Shown one piece after another: positions 33,651 to 44,084 of a DNA stretch of 64,000 nt. The stretch comes from an uncultured Actinomycetes bacterium (GTDB taxonomy: Bacteria > Actinomycetota > Thermoleophilia > Gaiellales > JAICJC01). Made by a program: the position numbers and the translations under genes. Position 1 is the stretch's first letter, and every line of letters starts with the position of its first letter. The DNA lies in NCBI GenBank assembly GCA_963727235.1, contig CAVSFZ010000012.1, forward strand, positions 19,408 to 83,407, read 5' to 3'. A model generated the notes under the pieces. The model did not search any database, was not told the DNA's origin, and was given only the letters and a program-made list of their open reading frames with translations.

Positions 33651-35359
33651 TCGCCAATCGCGGCGAGGTCGCCGTGCGCGTGATCCGGGCCTGCCGCGAG
33701 CTGGGGATCGAAGCCGTCGCAGTCCACCTCCCCGGAGAGGCCGGCGACCTGCACGTGCAGTTGGCTGATGCCGGTGCGGAGATTCCCTCGTTCCTCGACC
33801 CCGACGCGATTCTGGGCGCCGCGGAGGCACTCGCCGCAGACGCCATCCACCCGGGGTACGGCTATCTGGCCGAGAGCCCCGACTTCGCCGAGCGCGTCGC
33901 CGGTGCCCGCATCGCGTGGGTCGGGCCGCCGGCGGCGGCGATGCGCGCGAGTGGAGACAAGCTGGCCGCGCGACGGCTGGCCGAAGCCGCGGGAGTGCCG
34001 GTTGTCCCCGGGTATGCGGGCATCGATCTGACCGACGAAACCCTCGCGGCCGAGGCCGAACGAGTCGGATTCCCGCTGCTGGTCAAAGCCGCCGGCGGCG
34101 GAGGGGGACGCGGGATCCGCCGGGTCGCGGGGGCCGCCGACCTGCCCGCGGCGCTGGAGGCGGCCCGGCGCGAGGCCAAGGCGGGCTTCGACGACGAGCG
34201 GGTGTACCTGGAGCGGGAGCTCGACGCCGCCCGCCACGTGGAGATCCAGCTGCTGGCCGACCGCCACGGCAACGTGATCCACCTGGGCGAGCGCGACTGC
34301 TCGGCGCAGCGGCGCCACCAGAAGATCGTGGAGGAGGCTCCCTCCCCCGCCGTCGACGGCGAGTTGCGAGCGGCCCTCGGCGACGCCGCCGTGGCGATCG
34401 CGCGCGCGGCCGGCTACGAGAGCGCCGGCACCGCCGAGTTCCTGCTCTTGCCCGACGACAGCTGGTACTTCCTGGAACTGAACGCCCGGTTGCAGGTGGA
34501 GCATCCCGTGTCGGAGCTGGTGACCGGCATCGACCTGGTACGAGCCCAGCTCGAGATCGCCCGCGGTGAGCGCCTGGAGTGGAGCCAGGCCGACATCGCG
34601 CCCACCGGCCACTCGATCGAATGCCGGCTGTACGCGGAGGATCCGGCGGCCGGGTTCGTGCCCTCACCCGGCAGGCTGGTGCGGTTCGAGATCCCGCCGT
34701 GGCCGGGTGTGCGCATCGACACCGGCGTGCGGGTGGGCGATCACGTCGGCATCCACCACGATCCGTTGCTCGCCAAGGTGATCGCCCACGCCGAAGATCG
34801 CGACGCCTGTATCGAGCGCATGGCCGCGGTGCTGGCCGAGACGGTCGTGCTCGGGGTCTCCACCAACCTGGGGTTCCTGCGCTGGCTGCTGATCCGGCCC
34901 GAGTTCATGAGCGGCGATGTCGACACCGGCTTCGTCGATCGACGCTGGAGCCCAGATCTGGTACCCGAGCTGCCCGCCGAGGTCGCCCGCTCGGCCCGGG
35001 CGGCGATGCTGCCGGCCGGACCGTGGCGCGACTACGGCACGGCTGGCACCACCGCGGTGACGGCGGCCGGCGGGTTCGTGCAGCACGATGGGTGGCAGTA
35101 CACACTCGAAGACGACGACGCTCCCTCAGGTTCGTCCGGCGTGGCCGGGTCGCTGCAGGCGCCGATGCCCGGCTCGGTGCTGCGTGTCTCGGTCGCCGTC
35201 GGTGACCCCGTCACCGAAGGGCAGGAGCTGGTCGTGATCGAGGCCATGAAGATGGAGGTGGCCGTGGCCGCTCCCCGCGACGGCGTCGTGCAGGCGGTCA
35301 ACACTGCCGTCGGAGCCCAGGTGACCCGTGCCCAGACTCTTGTCGAGCTGGGTGAATAA
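33623..35359 (+). CDS. methylcrotonyl-CoA carboxylase alpha (biotin carboxylase + BCCP) subunit, liuD-like
   Basis: Starts at ATG 33623 ([23 protein letters not shown]). It has an ATP-grasp region and the biotinylation motif IEAMKMEV near the C-terminus. The stop TAA (35357-35359) lies inside the palindrome. Confidence 0.85.
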   Translation: MGSAIDRVLIANRGEVAVRVIRACRELGIEAVAVHLPGEAGDLHVQLADAGAEIPSFLDPDAILGAAEALAADAIHPGYGYLAESPDFAERVAGARIAWVGPPAAAMRASGDKLAARRLAEAAGVPVVPGYAGIDLTDETLAAEAERVGFPLLVKAAGGGGGRGIRRVAGAADLPAALEAARREAKAGFDDERVYLERELDAARHVEIQLLADRHGNVIHLGERDCSAQRRHQKIVEEAPSPAVDGELRAALGDAAVAIARAAGYESAGTAEFLLLPDDSWYFLELNARLQVEHPVSELVTGIDLVRAQLEIARGERLEWSQADIAPTGHSIECRLYAEDPAAGFVPSPGRLVRFEIPPWPGVRIDTGVRVGDHVGIHHDPLLAKVIAHAEDRDACIERMAAVLAETVVLGVSTNLGFLRWLLIRPEFMSGDVDTGFVDRRWSPDLVPELPAEVARSARAAMLPAGPWRDYGTAGTTAVTAAGGFVQHDGWQYTLEDDDAPSGSSGVAGSLQAPMPGSVLRVSVAVGDPVTEGQELVVIEAMKMEVAVAAPRDGVVQAVNTAVGAQVTRAQTLVELGE

Positions 35360-35382
35360 CGGTGCCTGGCACCGTTATTCAC
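35352..35382. repeat. 31-bp perfect palindrome, C/G subtype
   Basis: Sequence gtgaataacggtgcc-t-ggcaccgttattcac. It contains the MCC-alpha stop and the most likely HMG-CoA lyase GTG start (35362). Confidence 0.9.
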
Positions 35383-36214
35383 CGAGACGTCACGGTTGTG
35401 GAGGTGGGGCCGAGGGACGGCCTTCAGAACGAGCCGGTGATCGTGCCCACGGCGGACAAGATCACGCTGGTCGACCGGCTGTCGGCAGCCGGCCTGCCGG
35501 TGGTCGAGGTGACGTCGTTCGTCTCGCCCGCGCTGGTGCCCCAGCTCGCCGACGCGGACCAGGTGCTTGCCGGCATCACCCGCCTCCCGGGGGTGCGCTA
35601 TCCGGTGCTGGTGCCGAACGCCCGGGGTCTTGACCGCGCCCGAGCTGCGGGCGCCACCGAGATCGCCGTGTTCACCGCTGCATCCGACGCTTTCGCCGAG
35701 GCCAACATCGGAGTCACCATCGAGCGATCGCTCGAGATCTACCGCTCAGTGGTGGCGGAGGCGGTCGCGGCCGGCATGTGGGTGCGCGGATACGTGTCCA
35801 CCGCACTCGGCTGTCCGTATCAGGGCCCGGTCGAGCCGACGGCCGTGGCCGAGGTCACGGAGGCACTCGCCGGCATGGGCTGCTCCGAGATCTCGATCGG
35901 AGACACCATCGGCGTCGGCACCCCGGACACGGTGGCCACGATGCTGGAGGTCGTGCTGGCACGGATCGGATCCAACCGGATCGCGCTGCACCTGCACGAC
36001 ACCGGGGGCAGGGCGCTGGCCAACGTCGCCGTCGGCCTCGATCACGGCGTGCGCGTCTTCGATTCGTCAGTGGCAGGCTTGGGCGGCTGCCCGTTCGCCC
36101 CCGGAGCCCCTGGAAACTTGGCGACGGAGGCGCTGGTCGAACTGCTCCACGGCCGCGGGCTGCGCACCGGCGTCGATCTCGACGCGGTGCGCGCAGCCGG
36201 CGCGGCGCTTACCG

Positions 36215-36231
<17 letters not shown>
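35362..36231 (+). CDS. hydroxymethylglutaryl-CoA lyase, liuE-like
   Basis: 289 aa with VEVGPRDGLQNEP near the N-terminus and a TIM-barrel HMGL motif (ISIGDTIGVGTP, LHLHDTGG). GTG 35362 leaves 13 residues before EVGPRDG. The alternative GTG 35398 leaves none. Confidence 0.85.
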
Positions 36232-36685
<454 letters not shown>

Positions 36686-36733
36686 CGATGGAGAACCTTT
36701 CGTGGTGGGTGGAATTGGGCGCAGGGTAGCCGG

Positions 36734-38113
36734 TCACACCGGTGACCCCGCCGGCTTCGGCAACGTCGAGATGGCGGCCAGCGCCCGCTCGATCTCGTCC
36801 TCCGGCAGCTCGAAATCCTCCAGCCTGCCGTGCAGATAGGCGTCGTAGGCCGACATGTCGAAGTGGCCGTGGCCGGACAGGTTGAACAGGATCACCTGTT
36901 CCACTCCCGCCTCGTCGGCGCGCTTGGCGGCGTCGATCGCCCCCTTGATCGCATGCGACGACTCGGGCGCCGGGATGATCGCCTCCGAGCGGGCGAACGT
37001 GAGGGCCGACTCGAACACGTCCAGCTGACCGTAGGCCTCTGCCCGCAACAGGCCGTCGAGCATCAGCTGGGACACGATCGGCGCCACCCCGTGATAGCGC
37101 AGGCCGCCGGCATGGATGCCCGGCGGGACGAAGTCGTGGCCGAGCGTATGCATCGCCACCAGCGGAGTCAGCTGCGCGGTGTCGCCGAAGTCGTAGCTGT
37201 ACGGCCCCCGGGTGAGCGTGGGACATGCCGACGGCTCGCAGGCGATCACCTCGATCTCGGCCCCGGCGATCTTTTGGCCGATGAACGGCAGCGCCAGGCC
37301 GCCGAAGTTCGACCCGCCCCCGACGCAGCCGACCACCACGTCGACACCGCTCTCGCCGGCCAGCGCGAGCTGTTTGTGCGCCTCCTGGCCGATCACCGTC
37401 TGGTGCAGCAGGACGTGGTTGAGGACCGACCCGAGTGAGTAGCTGGTGTCCTCGCGGGTGGCTGCGTCCTCGACCGCCTCGGAGATGGCGATCCCGAGGC
37501 TGCCGGGGGAGTCGGGACTTGCCTCGAGCATCTGGCGCCCGGCGTTGGTGTCCGGCGACGGACTGGGAACGACACTCGCCCCCCACGCCTCCATCATCAT
37601 CCGCCGGTACGGCTTCTGGTCGTAGGAGACGCGCACCATGTAGACCTTGCACTCCAGCCCGAACAGCTGCGATGCGAGCGCCATCGAGCTGCCCCACTGG
37701 CCGGCACCGGTCTCGGTGGCGATGCGGGTTCGCCCCGCCTTGGCGTTGTAGTACGCCTGGGCAACTGCGGTGTTGGGCTTGTGGGAACCCGCCGGCGAGA
37801 CGCTCTCGTTCTTGTAGTAGATGCGCGAACGGGTGCCGATGGCGCGCTCCAGGCGATGCGCCCGATGCAGCGGGGTGGGCCGCCACAGCCGCAGCACATC
37901 GATGACCTCGTCCGGGATCGGGATCTCGCGGTCGGTCGACACCTCCTGCAGGATCAGGTCCATCGGAAACAGGGGCGCCAGATCGTCGGGGCCGATCGGC
38001 TCTCCGGTGCCCGGGTGCAGCACCGGCTGAGGGGCGGTGGGCGCGTCGGCCAGCACGTTGTACCAGCTCCGCGGAATCTCACTCTCCGGCAACAGAATCT
38101 TGGAATCGGCCAT
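36734..38113 (-). CDS. TrpB-like PLP-dependent enzyme (tryptophan synthase beta, TrpB2 type)
   Basis: The sequence reads ...[17 protein letters not shown]...[18 protein letters not shown]...[10 protein letters not shown]. It is longer than, and clearly distinct from, the operon trpB. ATG 38113 is preceded by GGGGAGTGAGGAAC. Confidence 0.8.
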   Translation of the reverse strand: MADSKILLPESEIPRSWYNVLADAPTAPQPVLHPGTGEPIGPDDLAPLFPMDLILQEVSTDREIPIPDEVIDVLRLWRPTPLHRAHRLERAIGTRSRIYYKNESVSPAGSHKPNTAVAQAYYNAKAGRTRIATETGAGQWGSSMALASQLFGLECKVYMVRVSYDQKPYRRMMMEAWGASVVPSPSPDTNAGRQMLEASPDSPGSLGIAISEAVEDAATREDTSYSLGSVLNHVLLHQTVIGQEAHKQLALAGESGVDVVVGCVGGGSNFGGLALPFIGQKIAGAEIEVIACEPSACPTLTRGPYSYDFGDTAQLTPLVAMHTLGHDFVPPGIHAGGLRYHGVAPIVSQLMLDGLLRAEAYGQLDVFESALTFARSEAIIPAPESSHAIKGAIDAAKRADEAGVEQVILFNLSGHGHFDMSAYDAYLHGRLEDFELPEDEIERALAAISTLPKPAGSPV

Positions 38114-38194
38114 GTTCCTCACTCCCCTGTCTCGATAGCTCAACCCGTGGTGTCGTTAGGATGCACGGCTGATTGTTCCCGACAACGAGGCGAC

Positions 38195-39682
38195 ATGCGA
38201 ATTACAGCCACCCGAACCACGCTCGAGTCCACACCCGGCGACATGCTGGCCGTCGCAGTTGCCACGCCCGTGAAGGTGTCGGGCGCGGTCGAGGCGCTGG
38301 ATCGCGCCCTCGGCGGCCGGATCGCCGGGCTGGTGGCCGCCGGTGAGATTCGCGGCAGCTTGGGCCAGGTGACGGTGCTGCACACCGAGGGCTCGGGGGT
38401 ACGGGCGCTGCGCGTGGCGGTGGTCGGTCTCGGCCCGGCGGAAGCGGTCGGCGCCGATCAGGCCAGGCAGGCGGCCGGCGCGGTTGCGCGGTCGGCGCTG
38501 GCGGCCCGGGCCCGCAGGATCGCGTTCGCAGCCGAGACCTTGCCGTTCGGCGCCGATGAGGCCAGCCGGTACGTGGTCGAGGGCGTGACAACCGCGGCGT
38601 ACCGCTTCGACCGCTACCGCACCCAGGGAACCAAGGATCGGGCGAAACCCCTGCAATCCCTGGCAATCGTGGGCGGCGATCGGGCCGCTGTGAGACACGC
38701 CACGGCGGTCACCGATGCGGTCAGCCGCGCCCGCGACCTGCAGAACACCCCGGCCCGGGACATGGGGCCGTCCGAGCTGGCCGACCGCGCCCGGTCGATC
38801 GGCCGCGAGCACCGTGCCGTCACAGTCCAGGTGCGCGATCAGCGCTGGATCGAAGCCAACGGGATGGGAGCATTCGCCGCGGTCGCTCAGGCCAACGGCT
38901 CTCCCGCTCGGCTGATCACGATGCGCTACCGACCGGCCCGCGCCCGCCGCCGGGACGTCGTGCTCGGCCTGGTGGGTAAGGGCGTCACGTTCGACTCCGG
39001 CGGGCTGTCGATGAAGCCCGCCCGCAGCATGGTGGGCATGAAGTACGACATGTCGGGTGCCGCCGCGGTGCTCGAAGCCACCGCGGCGATCGCCGAGCTG
39101 GGGCTCCCGATCAACGTGATCACCGTCGCAGGAGCGACCGAGAACATGGTCGACGCCAAGTCCGTCAAGGTGGGCGACGTGGTCACCGCCAAGAACGGCA
39201 AGACGATCGAGATCTCGAACACCGACGCCGAGGGCCGGCTGGTGCTGGCCGACTGCCTGCACCACGCGCGCACGCTGGGTGCGACCCACGTGGTCGACCT
39301 GGCGACCCTCACCGGTGCGGTGGTGGTTGCCCTCGGTGACCTTCACGCCGGCGTGATCGGCCGCGACCAGGCGTGGATCGACCAGCTGGTGGCGGCCGGC
39401 GAGCGCTCCGGCGACCATCTGTGGCAGCTTCCCCTGCACGAGACGTTCGCCCGCTTCATCCGATCGGACATCGCCGACATGAACAACTCGTCCAGCCTGG
39501 GCATGGCCGGCCCGTCGTACGCCGGCCGCTTCTTGCAGGAGTTCGCCGGCGACGGCCCGTGGGCGCACCTCGACATTGCCGGCACCGCCGATCTGACTCG
39601 TCCTCGGGGCGATGAATTCGCTCGAGGCGGTACCGGCTTCGGCGTACGACTGCTGGTGGAGCTGGCCGAGTCGCTGTGCTGA
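38195..39682 (+). CDS. pepA: leucyl aminopeptidase (M17)
   Basis: Starts at ATG 38195 (MRITATRTTLEST...). M17 motifs are GKGVTFDSGGLSMKP and NTDAEGRLVLAD. Confidence 0.9.
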   Translation: MRITATRTTLESTPGDMLAVAVATPVKVSGAVEALDRALGGRIAGLVAAGEIRGSLGQVTVLHTEGSGVRALRVAVVGLGPAEAVGADQARQAAGAVARSALAARARRIAFAAETLPFGADEASRYVVEGVTTAAYRFDRYRTQGTKDRAKPLQSLAIVGGDRAAVRHATAVTDAVSRARDLQNTPARDMGPSELADRARSIGREHRAVTVQVRDQRWIEANGMGAFAAVAQANGSPARLITMRYRPARARRRDVVLGLVGKGVTFDSGGLSMKPARSMVGMKYDMSGAAAVLEATAAIAELGLPINVITVAGATENMVDAKSVKVGDVVTAKNGKTIEISNTDAEGRLVLADCLHHARTLGATHVVDLATLTGAVVVALGDLHAGVIGRDQAWIDQLVAAGERSGDHLWQLPLHETFARFIRSDIADMNNSSSLGMAGPSYAGRFLQEFAGDGPWAHLDIAGTADLTRPRGDEFARGGTGFGVRLLVELAESLC

Positions 39683-40812
39683 GCTACGACCTCTCCGACG
39701 AGCACCGTCTCTTCCAGGGGACGGTTCGCGAGTTCGCAGAGGGGGCGATCGGGCCGGTCGCCGAAGAGCTCGACCGCACGGGGCGGTTTCCGCTGGAGCT
39801 GGTGGCGGCCGCCGCCGAGCTTGGCTTGATGGGCATCCCCATCCCCGCCGAGTGGGGCGGTGCGGGCGCCGACACGCTGTCGTATGCGATCGCGATCGAG
39901 GAGCTGGCTCGAGTCGACCAGTCGTTTGCGATCACGGTCGCCGCTCACACCTCGCTCGGTACCACCCCGATCCTGCGCTTCGGCAGTGACGACCAGCGAC
40001 GGCGGTGGCTGCCGCCGCTGGCTTCGGGAGAGCGGCTCGCCGCATTCGGACTGACGGAGTCCGGAGCCGGCTCCGACGCCGGAGCGACGCGCACGACCGC
40101 CCGGCTGGAACAGGGCGGGTGGGTGATCGACGGCTCCAAGATGTTCATCACCAACGCGGGCGTCGAGATCTCCGGGCTGGTCACGATCACGGCACGCACC
40201 GGCGCCGACGAGATCTCGAACATCGTGATCGAAAACGGCACCGAGGGGTACACCCAGTCCGCGCCGTTGCACAAGATGGGGTGGCGCTCGTCGGACACCC
40301 GCGAGCTCGGCTTCGCCGGCTGTCGCGTGCCCGAGGGCAACCTGTTGGGGAGTCGGGGGCAAGGATTCCACCAGTTCCTGGAGATCCTCGACGGGGGCCG
40401 CATCTCGGTGGCCGCCCTGGGCTTGGGCTGCGCCCAGGGCGCGTTCGAGCTGGCGGCGGCGTATGCGCGCACGCGGGAGCAGTTCGGAAAGCCGATCGCG
40501 AGCTTCCAGGCGATCAGGTTCAAGCTGGCCGACATGGCCACCGAGATCGAGGCCGCGCGCAACCTGGTGTACAAGGCGGCGTGGCTGAAGGACGAGGGCC
40601 GGCCGTTCGCCCAGACAGCGGCGATGGCCAAGCTCTACACCGGCGAGCTGTCGCGGCGGGTGTGCAACGAGGCGGTCCAGATCCACGGCGGGTACGGGTT
40701 CATGGACGAATACGCGGTCAGCCGCTTCTATCGTGACCAGAAGGTGCTCGAGATCGGCGAAGGCACCAACGAGGTGCAACGGCTCGTGATTGCCCGCGGG
40801 CTGGGCCTGTGA
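39676..40812 (+). CDS. acyl-CoA dehydrogenase (short/branched-chain; possible isovaleryl-CoA dehydrogenase)
   Basis: 378 aa with GLTESGAGSDAG, AAMAKLYTGE, IHGGYGFMDEY and EIGEGTNEVQRLVIAR. Confidence 0.85.
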   Translation: MLSYDLSDEHRLFQGTVREFAEGAIGPVAEELDRTGRFPLELVAAAAELGLMGIPIPAEWGGAGADTLSYAIAIEELARVDQSFAITVAAHTSLGTTPILRFGSDDQRRRWLPPLASGERLAAFGLTESGAGSDAGATRTTARLEQGGWVIDGSKMFITNAGVEISGLVTITARTGADEISNIVIENGTEGYTQSAPLHKMGWRSSDTRELGFAGCRVPEGNLLGSRGQGFHQFLEILDGGRISVAALGLGCAQGAFELAAAYARTREQFGKPIASFQAIRFKLADMATEIEAARNLVYKAAWLKDEGRPFAQTAAMAKLYTGELSRRVCNEAVQIHGGYGFMDEYAVSRFYRDQKVLEIGEGTNEVQRLVIARGLGL

Positions 40813-41342
40813 GCCACGTCGACTGGGCGATCGCAGGCGGGGTGGCGCTGGCGATCGCGATCCTGCTGGGCACGATCGTGAACCGGATGGTGCCGCCGGG
40901 GAGCCCTCGGCGGACGGTCGAGGACAGCGCGCTTCTGCTTGGCTGCGCCGCACCCGGGCTGGCCGTGTTCGGCTACTACCTGCATCACCGGCTGCTGGCC
41001 GGCGTCGCCATCATCGCGGTCGCCTACGGCGGGTTTTTCCTGATCCGGATGCGCCAGCTGCGCCGCGCCAATCGCGATGGGGTGCGGCGACTGCTGGGGC
41101 TCGATCGCGATGCGACCTTCGGCGAGGTGATGTCACAGGTGGAGAAGATCGAGCCGCACCCGCTGACCACCACCAGCCGGCTCGTGCTCGCGCTGGCCGC
41201 GGCCATGGTGGTGATCGTGGGCTACGCCCTCGACCGCTTCGACACCGCGCTGATCGGCCTGGCGATCGGAGTGGCCGAGAGCACCGCCCGCCCCGCCTTC
41301 CGCCGCGCCCTGGCAACCAAGGTCCGCGACATCGGCCACTGA
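40809..41342 (+). CDS. hypothetical membrane protein
   Basis: 177 aa with about four hydrophobic segments. It has a 4-nt overlap with the upstream ACAD gene. The stop TGA (41340-41342) lies in the palindrome arm. Confidence 0.5.
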   Translation: MSHVDWAIAGGVALAIAILLGTIVNRMVPPGSPRRTVEDSALLLGCAAPGLAVFGYYLHHRLLAGVAIIAVAYGGFFLIRMRQLRRANRDGVRRLLGLDRDATFGEVMSQVEKIEPHPLTTTSRLVLALAAAMVVIVGYALDRFDTALIGLAIGVAESTARPAFRRALATKVRDIGH

Positions 41343-41381
41343 ATAAAAGGTGCCAGGCACCTTTTATTCACCGTTATTCAC
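41339..41381. repeat. 33-bp palindrome (AA/TT subtype, first base G->C) plus an abutting 13-nt right-arm fragment of the C/G subtype
   Basis: Sequence ctgaataaaaggtgcc-a-ggcaccttttattcac (41339-41371). The fragment caccgttattcac (41369-41381) overlaps the last three bases of the full copy. Confidence 0.85.
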
Positions 41382-42584
41382 CTAATGCATTCGAGTTACG
41401 GGGTAGCCGGCGTCGCGGACGAGCTCGACGATTGAGGCGGCGTGGGATTCGTCGCGGGTTTCCAGCGTCAGCTCGATGCCGGTCTCGGCCACAGCCACGT
41501 CGACACTCTCGCGGTGGTGGGAGATCAACAGGATGTTGACGTGGTTTTGGGCGACCACCTGGAGCAGGTGCATCAGCTCGCCCGGGCGATCGGTCAGCCG
41601 AGTGCGGATCACGAGGTAGCGCCCCGCCACGGTCAGGCCGAAGCGGATCACCTGCATCAGCAGCGGCGTGTCGATGTTCCCGCCCGACAGCACCGCCACC
41701 GCCCGCTTGGCCGAGACCTTGCCGTTGACCAGCGCCGCCAGCGCGACCGCACCGGCGCCTTCGACAACCGTCTTCTCGCGCTCCAGCAGGTGCACGATCA
41801 CGCGAGCGATCTCGGCGTCGGTGACAGTCACGACGTCGTCGACGAGCTCGCGGATCAGGCCGAATGTGATCTCGCCCGGACGTTTTACCGCAATCCCGTC
41901 GGCGATCGTCTGCGTCTGGGGCACCGGAGTGATCGCGCCGTGCTCGATCGAGCTCACATACGGCGCACAGCCGGCCGCCTCCACTCCAATCACCCGGATC
42001 TCCGGCCGCTGAGCCTTGATCGCGCAGGCGATCCCCGACAGCAGCCCACCGCCGCCGAGGGGCACAACCACCGCGTCGACGTCGGGCGCGTCCTCCAGAA
42101 TCTCCAGGCCGATGGTTCCCTGACCCGCGATCACGACCTCATCGTCGAACGGGTGGATCAGCGTCATCCCGGTGCGCGATGCCTCCTGGCGGGCCGCCTC
42201 GACCGACTCGTCCACATCCAGACCGACCAGGTGCACAGTCGCGCCGTAGCCCTGGGTCGCACCCACCTTGGCCAAGGAGGCCGCCTCGGGCATGAACACC
42301 GAGGCCGGCACACCGGCACGGTGGGCGGCCCACGCCACCGCCTGGGCGTGGTTTCCGGCAGACGGCGCCACCACCCCTGCGACCCGCTCCGAATCGCTCA
42401 GAGACTGGATCTTCGTGTACGCCCCGCGCACCTTGAACGCCCCGGTCTTCTGCTGGTTCTCGTGCTTCAGCAGCACCTCGCAACCGGCCAGGCGCGAGAA
42501 CGTCTCCGATCGCAGCAGCGGAGTCCTGTGCACCACGTCGCGAAGGCCCGCGGCCGCCGCCTGGATATGTTCGAGATCCACCAT
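41382..42584 (-). CDS. ilvA: threonine ammonia-lyase (short form with one ACT-like domain)
   Basis: 400 aa with KHENQQKTGAFKVRGA (PLP Lys), GNHAQAVA and a C-terminal regulatory domain. Confidence 0.85.
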   Translation of the reverse strand: MVDLEHIQAAAAGLRDVVHRTPLLRSETFSRLAGCEVLLKHENQQKTGAFKVRGAYTKIQSLSDSERVAGVVAPSAGNHAQAVAWAAHRAGVPASVFMPEAASLAKVGATQGYGATVHLVGLDVDESVEAARQEASRTGMTLIHPFDDEVVIAGQGTIGLEILEDAPDVDAVVVPLGGGGLLSGIACAIKAQRPEIRVIGVEAAGCAPYVSSIEHGAITPVPQTQTIADGIAVKRPGEITFGLIRELVDDVVTVTDAEIARVIVHLLEREKTVVEGAGAVALAALVNGKVSAKRAVAVLSGGNIDTPLLMQVIRFGLTVAGRYLVIRTRLTDRPGELMHLLQVVAQNHVNILLISHHRESVDVAVAETGIELTLETRDESHAASIVELVRDAGYPVTRMH

Positions 42585-42627
42585 CGAAGTGACCGCGAAC
42601 CCTACCCGCTTGGACTAACGTTGGGCG

Positions 42628-43125
42628 ATGACAGAGCAGCTGTTGGCCTACGTCGAGATTCCCAAGGGGAGTCGCAACAAATACGAGTTCGACCCCGAGA
42701 TCGGACACGTCGTGCTCGATCGCACGCTGTGGACGAGCGTGGTCTACCCGGCCGACTACGGCTTCTTGATCGACACGCTGGGAGCAGACGGCGATGCCGT
42801 GGATGCGGTGGTGCTGGTGGCCGAGCCCACCTTCCCGGGATGCGTGATCCCGGTCGAGCCGATCGGCGTCTTCCAGATGACCGACGAGAAGGGCTCAGAC
42901 GACAAGGTGCTGTGCGTCCCCTACAAGGATCCCAAGTGGAGCCACATGCACGACATCACCGACATCCGCGACTCGCTGCTGGATGAGATCGGGCACTTCT
43001 TCGACGTGTACAAGGATCTCGAGCACGGCGCCGCCACCGTGGTGGACGGCTGGCACGGCCGTGCCTACGCCGACCAGGTGATCGCCGAGGGCCGAGCGGC
43101 GTTCCTGGCCGCCAAGCAGGCCTAG
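42628..43125 (+). CDS. ppa: inorganic pyrophosphatase (family I)
   Basis: 165 aa with EIPKGSRNKYEFD, YPADYGFL and DGDAVDAVVL. Confidence 0.95.
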   Translation: MTEQLLAYVEIPKGSRNKYEFDPEIGHVVLDRTLWTSVVYPADYGFLIDTLGADGDAVDAVVLVAEPTFPGCVIPVEPIGVFQMTDEKGSDDKVLCVPYKDPKWSHMHDITDIRDSLLDEIGHFFDVYKDLEHGAATVVDGWHGRAYADQVIAEGRAAFLAAKQA

Positions 43126-44084
43126 TCAGCCGGCCGGCCGAGCACCCGCTCGGCCATCAGATGAGCCGCGGAGATCGGATCCAGCGACCGTTCGTACACC
43201 TGATCGAGCAATGCTTGCAGCTCGGAGTCGGCCTCCAGCGCGGCGGCCAGCCGTCGGCGGGCATCGGCCGTGGCCGCGCCGATCACCTCCTGCTCGATGT
43301 TGCGCCTGCGCCGCCGCTCCAGGCCCTCGGCCGAGAGCAGGTCGCGATGCTCCGCGATCGCGTCGGCCAGCTCCGCGACGCCCTCGCCGCGGATCGCCTC
43401 GGTGTCGATGATCGGCACCTTGCGGCCGGGCACCAGTGACAGGATCGAGCGGATATCGGTGCGCATCGACTTGGCGGCGGGATGGTCGCTCTTGTTGATC
43501 ACGATCACGTCGGGAATCTCCATCACACCCGCCTTCAGCGCCTGAATCGAGTCGCCCGCGCCGGGCATCAGCACCAGCACCACGGTATCGGCGACCGACG
43601 CGACCTCGACCTCGCTCTGGCCGACGCCGACGGTCTCGAGCAGAAGCACGTCGGTGCCGGCCGCGTCGAGCACCGCGAGCGCCCGCAGGGTGGCCTCGGC
43701 CACCCCGCCGAGATGACCGCGGGTGGACATCGAACGGATGTACACGCCGGGATCGAGGAAGTGCTCGGTGAGCCTGATCCGATCGCCCAAGAGCGCACCC
43801 TGAGAGAACGGGCTGGACGGGTCGACCGACACCACTCCGACCGATTGGCCGCGGCTCCGGTAGAGCGTCACCAGCGCCGAGATCAGGCTCGACTTGCCCA
43901 CCCCGGGCGGGCCCGTGAACCCAGCCACGGAGGCGCCGCCGGTGTGGGGATAGAGCTCCGCGACCAGCTCCCTCGCCTCGGGTCGGCCATCCTCGACCAC
44001 GCTGATCGCCCGGGCCACCGCACGCGGCTCGCCCGCCAGCACCCGCTCCACCAACTCCTGCACCACCACCGGTCGGCGGGCCAT
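43122..44084 (-). CDS. meaB: methylmalonyl-CoA mutase-associated G-protein chaperone
   Basis: 320 aa with the P-loop GPPGVGKSS, plus VDPSSPFSQGALLGDRIR and NKSDH. Confidence 0.85.
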   Translation of the reverse strand: MARRPVVVQELVERVLAGEPRAVARAISVVEDGRPEARELVAELYPHTGGASVAGFTGPPGVGKSSLISALVTLYRSRGQSVGVVSVDPSSPFSQGALLGDRIRLTEHFLDPGVYIRSMSTRGHLGGVAEATLRALAVLDAAGTDVLLLETVGVGQSEVEVASVADTVVLVLMPGAGDSIQALKAGVMEIPDVIVINKSDHPAAKSMRTDIRSILSLVPGRKVPIIDTEAIRGEGVAELADAIAEHRDLLSAEGLERRRRRNIEQEVIGAATADARRRLAAALEADSELQALLDQVYERSLDPISAAHLMAERVLGRPAD

